Below are positions 56,584-62,288 of a stretch of DNA of 62,288 bases, in pieces. The position numbers and the translations under genes were made by a program. Each line of letters begins with the position of its first letter. Position 1 is the stretch's first letter. The notes beneath the pieces are model-generated. The model worked only from the letters and a program-made list of their open reading frames with translations, searched no databases and was not told the DNA's origin. The stretch covers positions 1 through 62,288 of the forward strand of contig JAPEUG010000062.1 in assembly GCA_026025795.1 (NCBI GenBank), in the 5' to 3' direction. The DNA is from Thelocarpon superellum (lineage: Eukaryota).

Positions 56584-56990
56584 ATGTGGGTGCCAAAAGA
56601 TATCTGTCGTGTACGTCGTCAAGGAAGGTGCAAGCCGTTGCCCAGGAATCCGTGTATCCTTCCCAGGTTCAACGCCAAATCCATAGATCCCCTCGTTGCC
56701 GCCCAAAACATCAAATCAAATCAACCGACGGCTGAGCTCCAACCGTCCAACTTCGGCCACAAAAGAAAGCACTCGGAGGCGGCCCCTAGGTATCATGCCT
56801 CCTCCCAACGCAATGTGTTGCTCCGCTCCACCCAGACCATCTAGAAGCGCGGGCAATCAGAAGCAGTGAGACGCCCAAGTGCGAGGATGGAAAAGTTTCT
56901 CCGCCAACAGGTGTGGGGTATCGTGTCGTCTGACCGCGGACAAATCAAAGGTCGTCAATGTCATGCCACAATCGGGCTCGGGGCGTTATC

Positions 56991-59611
56991 TCAAAACACC
57001 AGCCTCAGCTCCACCGGGGTCGAGTACATGTCGTGGTCGTTGTCCGCGTGCGACTCCGTCGAGCTGCTCGTAGCCCAATCTCGTTTCAGCGCGCCCGACT
57101 CGCCATGCAGTTCGGCTAGCTCCACAATCATATCCTGGCCCTCGGGCAGGTGACGGACGACGTCGTCGTCGACCATGATGTGCAAGCCTTTGCTGTTCAC
57201 CTGGACCGCCCGCACGACCGTGCCGGGACCAATGTGGCATTTGCCAGCCACGCCGCGGATGAGGTCCTCCGCCGTACGTTGCATCAGGTACACCGCTCGA
57301 TAGCGGCCACCAGAGTGCTGGCCGGCTTCTTTGAGTAGAACGTACAGGCACGCCACTGCTCCCACGTTAGTCGAGCGCCCGGCGTCATGGGTGGAGATGG
57401 ACATACCTGGAGCAACGGCGTTCGCGGGTGGCGGTCGGTAGGCTGCGTCCACGCCCGTGGCGTCGATCCACTGCGGACGTGTGCCATCGGGACCGGCGGA
57501 CTGCTTGAGGATCTTGACGGTATGGTCGGGCGGGCTCGCCAAATGTTGGGGATTGGACTGCAGATCGGCGTGGGTTACAGATGTTAGGGCACCCCATTCA
57601 TGCGACTTCTGTGGTGCGGGGTGGAGCACCCCGGCTGGCTGCATGCTCCCGATCCCGCTCGAGCTGGACGCGGGCGAGACCAGCGATGAGCCGTCCGTCC
57701 CCGTCCCCGTCCGCGTGCCGGAGCTTCTCCGACGACCGGAGAGGTCGTCGGAGAAGTCCATCTTGGTCAGATCAAGCGGCTCGCCGGTGAGGACAACTGG
57801 ATGGAGATCGGGATCGTCTTCCGCCGCGCCACGAAGGTACAGGACGCTCGTCGGCCGGGTGCTGGTGAACATATCCTGCATCGTTGCCAGCTTGGCGTGG
57901 AGGTCGTCTTCCGCCGGGCTCCGCTCGCCCGAGGAGCTGGCCGAGTCCATCGACCATGTGCGCTTGTGTTTCTGCGCCTTCCCCGCCCGGCCGCCGCTTA
58001 CCGTCTTGGCCGCGGACATGCTGGATCGCTTCTTCTTGCGAAAGTCCTTCATGCCTGTCTCAGCCTGGGCGATTTGCTGCTTGAGCTTGTCGATCGTTTT
58101 CTTGACGTGGGCCACGTCATTGGAAAACTTCCGCTCCGCACCATGGTCGCGGAAGAGCTTCACCTTGCAGAAGCAGAGTTCCGCCGCCACCGCGTCGCCC
58201 TCCGAGACCACCTCCGTCTTGGCACACAGCCGGACAGGGATGCCTTTGACGCCCTTGGAGTGGCTAAAGTCCGTCGAGAGGAAGTTGAAGCGCACCGCCA
58301 CCGAGCACTCCGCCGCGCTTCCCGGCGTCGCCGTCCAGAAGACGGAAAAGCCATCAAATGAGGCACTTTCGAGTTCGACGGCCGACGTCTTCGTCTCGTG
58401 CTCGCCCGTCAAGCTTGGATCCACACACTCCACCGCCTGAAGTCGACCGCCCCGTTGGTGCGCCTCGTTGGTGCCGCGGCCCTCCTTCCATAGCTGCCAA
58501 CAAGCGCCGGGTCGTTGCCGCTGTTGCTCGTCCTCGAACGAGACGCGTACAAATGTCCGATATCGCACGGGCGTGGTATGCTGCGCACTGGGAGCCGTGT
58601 CGACGACCGAGATGGAATATGCCTGGCCCTTATTCAGATAGGTGATGGGAATCTCCTCGGCGTGCTTGATCATAGCCGTCGGCGCATTGAGCGCCACCTG
58701 AAATCGAAATCTGGACGCAGCGGGTCAGTTCAGGCACTGGAGATCGGATGACCGTCAAAGGGTAAGCAGACACACGTACGGATTGGAGGGATACGTCGGC
58801 ACCACGCTTGAGTCGAGCCGAGTCGATTGGAGGTCAAGTCCAGGCACCGCAGAATCCAAGTGAGCGCCGTCGTCCATGGGCGAGGCGTTGCCAGAGGCGT
58901 CCATGGCGTCATACTGCGATGGCTGGTGCTGAAAATGGCTGGGGGCGAAGGACTGCGGGTGGCCGAAGGGATTGAAGCTGCCAAAGTCATGCGTCTGCAT
59001 GGCGTCCGTGGAGAAGGGTCGCATGTCCAGCGTCGTCTCGGCAGGCACGCCCGCCTCAGAAGTGGGCAGCGAGAGCGGCGTCACGAGCCCGGCACCCATG
59101 CCCATGCCCGGCGTGTGCAGGTCGCCCGCGACATGATGGTACAGCGCGTTCGATCCACCTGGCGTCGGCGTGTAATAACCGGGGGGCTGGTTGGCAAAGG
59201 AGGTGAAGGCGTATGAATTGGGATCCAGTAGCGACGGGGTCAGCCGCCAGTTGTCTGAGCTCGCTTTGGGCGTCGCATCATGGTCTTTGAGGAATTCCGA
59301 CTCGACGTCGGTCAGCCTACGGACAAGGGTCAGCAAACAGGCCACACCGCCCAAGCCCTTGGGCGGAGCCTCACCCAGCGCGCGTGGTCGTGGCGGGAGC
59401 ATCTGTCGACGTATCGCCAAGCGAGGAGGACCGATGTCCCGCGGCAGCAGGCGCGGAGGGCCCCAGGCCGGGGAAATTCTGTCGAAAGTCGTGGTAGAAT
59501 TCATCCGGAGGCTTCTGCGTCGTTCGCCTACCACGATGGGATCATGGCATTAGTTCGCCGTGGCTGCGTCGGCCGAGTCGAGCTGAGAGCGGCTCACCTA
59601 TTGCGAAACAT
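56991..59611 (-). CDS. grhl: Grainyhead/CP2 family transcription factor; multi-exon
   Basis: IPITYLNKGQAY, RFNFLSTDFSHSKGVKGIPVRLCAKTE, CKVKLFRDHGAERK, VDDDVVRHLPEGQDM; inferred first exon MFRNR. Confidence 0.92.
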
Positions 59612-62288
59612 GGCGGAGCGGGCGGAAGGACCGTAGCCGGTCCGGGGACGTCAACTCTAAGCATAAGACGCTCCCACCATCGGGATCGATGCCGTGGGGT
59701 GGAGGGATGGAAGACGACGGGGGTGATGAGGCAATTCGGACGGAGGGGGTTGTGCCGTATGAGATCGTGGCTTGGACGAGGCATGGGGGCAGTATTTATT
59801 ATGTACGGCCCCAGAAATTTCTTGGGAGCTACGGTCCATGGCGCCGGATACGGCAGCACGACTACGGACGAGTTCACTTTGGCACGAGCGCGGAGAAGGA
59901 AGGGTGGGCGGAGGGCCAGGATGGCCGGGCTGGCGCACGCCAGGCTCGTCGCGGCTGGGCCAAGTCGACGCTGGTGGGGGTGGGAGGGAACATGATGAAT
60001 CAAAGATTGGGCCTGGTGTGGAAGGCACCTAGGCGTAAGCCACACTTCGCTTTTGGCTCGGACCTCACCGCTTAGCGACGCCGTGCCTTCACGGTTAGGG
60101 TGGGAGAAGGTTCAAGGACACGGAGCCGGGGCGACAGGGAGGTGGCAGCCCGGGGGGGGGGCTTTTGGAGCAGAGCCGACGTGCCAACAGCCGTGCCGTC
60201 AGAGAAAGCCGGGCGGCGCCCAGCAGCGCCAGCAACGCCAGCAACGCCAGCAACGCCCACGGTCTCTCTTGGCTTGCCCGATGGTGACGTGGGTTCTGGA
60301 CAACGCGCAAGTCGCCTAGTGACCCATGACGAGTAGCGCGCGTGGACGTTGAAGGCCGCCGAAAAGGGCAGCAATCGGCACGCCATCACACGTCCATGCT
60401 CGCGCGAGCCAGCTCCCCTTCTAGGTTTCGCAGTCGGGAGGCACAACGGAATTGATAGTGGAGACCGGGGGGGCACAAGTTTGACCCTTGCCTGCAGGCA
60501 CCCTGTCCTGCGAGCATCGCACTCGCTCTCGCCTTCGCCCTCGTCCTCGTGGGAGCCCCGTCGTATCCGAGTCACAGCAAGCGCCAAAGGTTTAGCGCCC
60601 TGTCGGAGATCGCATGCTGCCGTCGCACGTTACTTGCTCTGGCAAGCTATTCGCAGGATCTGCTCCCACTTCGACACGTAACGCGTCCTCCGGGGGCGAC
60701 TGTACGTCTCCACCCTGGACCGAATGATGGAGAACCCGTCCTCGAGTGGTGAGCCACACCCCCAAGCACTTAAGCGGCGAACCCTCGTTCGGAAATGAGG
60801 CTTGCCTCCCACCCCGGGCAATTTCGCGCGCTAAAGGGTTAGGTCGAGGAAACAGAGTCCGGCGACAACTCGGGGCCCACAACGGCCTTTCCTACCCAGC
60901 GCCGGAGCTATGCCCGTCACCACCGCATTCTCCTCACTCCAGCATGTAGGAGCGAATGGCAATTCGCGAAAAGTCGCATAGCATCTGTCTATCCCTCCCT
61001 CGCCGGGGAGCAAGACGAGATGAACGCCCCAGGCCGTATGCACTGTCTCTCCTAGCACCACCAATGACAAACGAGAGCGCGCTGTAGACCATCGATCCTG
61101 TCTTTCCCACCAGGCGCGATACGGCGGGGGGGAGGACGAGAACGCCCATAGGGCAACGCTCAAACGATTTGGGACCCCCGGCCTAGCGACGGACGACGGC
61201 TCTGGGGGGGAGCCACACGTCCCTCGTTAGCGGTCGCCCGCGACAGCCGTTCGCCTAGGCCGCGGTGGAAATGAGCAGCAGTGCCGATAGCATACCCGGA
61301 CATAACTCAGCATCGGCGTCGTCTTCGCTTGCACCACGCTTCCCATCCCGTCGTTGGACCGGAGAAGCTGCTCGCCAAACACGCTAGAAGGGAAGTGGTC
61401 AGTATCAGGCCACGTCCAGGGCCATTGGACGGAGGCATTGGCGGCACCCGTCGGCACTCGAACCCGACCGGTTGGAAAGAGCCCGCGAGGCGCGACATCG
61501 ATTCGCCAGTATTTCTGGTAGACTTGGGCGGTGCCACTGCCAGCGGGGATCGACAAATGTCCCAAGCCGAGCATCTGTGAGCACACTAACCTGGCCTAGA
61601 TGCATACGGGGGCGAATGTCCAAGTGGCGGGATGACGACCGGAAGTTCCCGGCCCCAATGAGATCGACAAGAATGGAACGAGCGCGGTGCACCGCCACAC
61701 GATGCTGCGTCTCAAATTTCTCCCGCCGCAATGATGCCGCCCAGTCATCTGTCGGCGAGTGATGCTAGCGAGAAGCGGGTCAATGTGCCGGGGGAAATTC
61801 CCCGCCCGGCCCTATGAAATGCTATTTAAATCACTACTTGTACATGTCTGGCTTGCCGTGTGGCGTGAAAGGAACGTGGTGGGTTTCACAGCGTATGCTG
61901 TAAGTTGCAGTCATAGTCCTTCCTAGGCGTGTACGTATACTCTCGCCGGATGCGTGGACTCGGCGGACCGTCGATGCCCAGGCCCTAAGACGGGTCCGCG
62001 GCGGCGAGAAGCCCCCCGCGATCGGCCGCGAGCTCCAGACCATGCAGCGTGGCGTCCTCGTCATTTTCGCCACACGCACCAGCCACATCACCCGCTCGGC
62101 CCGAGGGTGACGTGTGGCGGTGGTGGCGCGTGCCACAAGGGTCCCGATGAACCAAATGGCGCTTGCTCCGGGCCCGCCAGCCCCACCTCCGTCACAGGCA
62201 CCGCTCGGTGAGTCCCTCGCTGCCAGGATGTTCTGGCGCCACTGTGGCTGGAATCCTCGCATGCGGGGAGTGGTCGGTGCCAGTGTGC

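Noticed and set aside
59612..62288. Short ORFs and a (CCAGCAACG)n repeat upstream of the Grainyhead gene
   Set aside because: No recognisable coding features; consistent with a long regulatory region of a transcription factor gene.

Overview
A GC-rich, intron-containing window from a filamentous ascomycete (Pezizomycotina-type genes, short GT-AG introns with CTRAC-like branch sites). It holds 18 apparently intact, mostly conserved genes: an HhH-tailed kinesin, eIF3e, Img2, Swi1/ARID with a 90-Gln tract, Rpt3, Pep4, Nop56, Cct6, a GH47 mannosidase, a TPR-DnaJ protein, HAUS1, Ldb17/Dip1, an Slm1-like PH protein, Gar1, Cho1, a Wsc sensor, a Whi5/Nrm1-like protein, a jacalin-tailed zinc peptidase and a Grainyhead/CP2 factor. 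Three islands of decayed DNA interrupt this backbone (~11.2-12.3 kb, ~25.4-28.0 kb, ~40.0-42.4 kb). The most notable structure is a 921-bp element at 26896-27816 with ~107-bp terminal inverted repeats, TA on both flanks and no transposase. It is filled almost entirely by one frameshifted passenger gene resembling the fungal DUF7770 family, making it a candidate gene-carrying non-autonomous DNA transposon. Family names come from recognising motifs by eye, not from database searches, and exon boundaries were inferred by hand.
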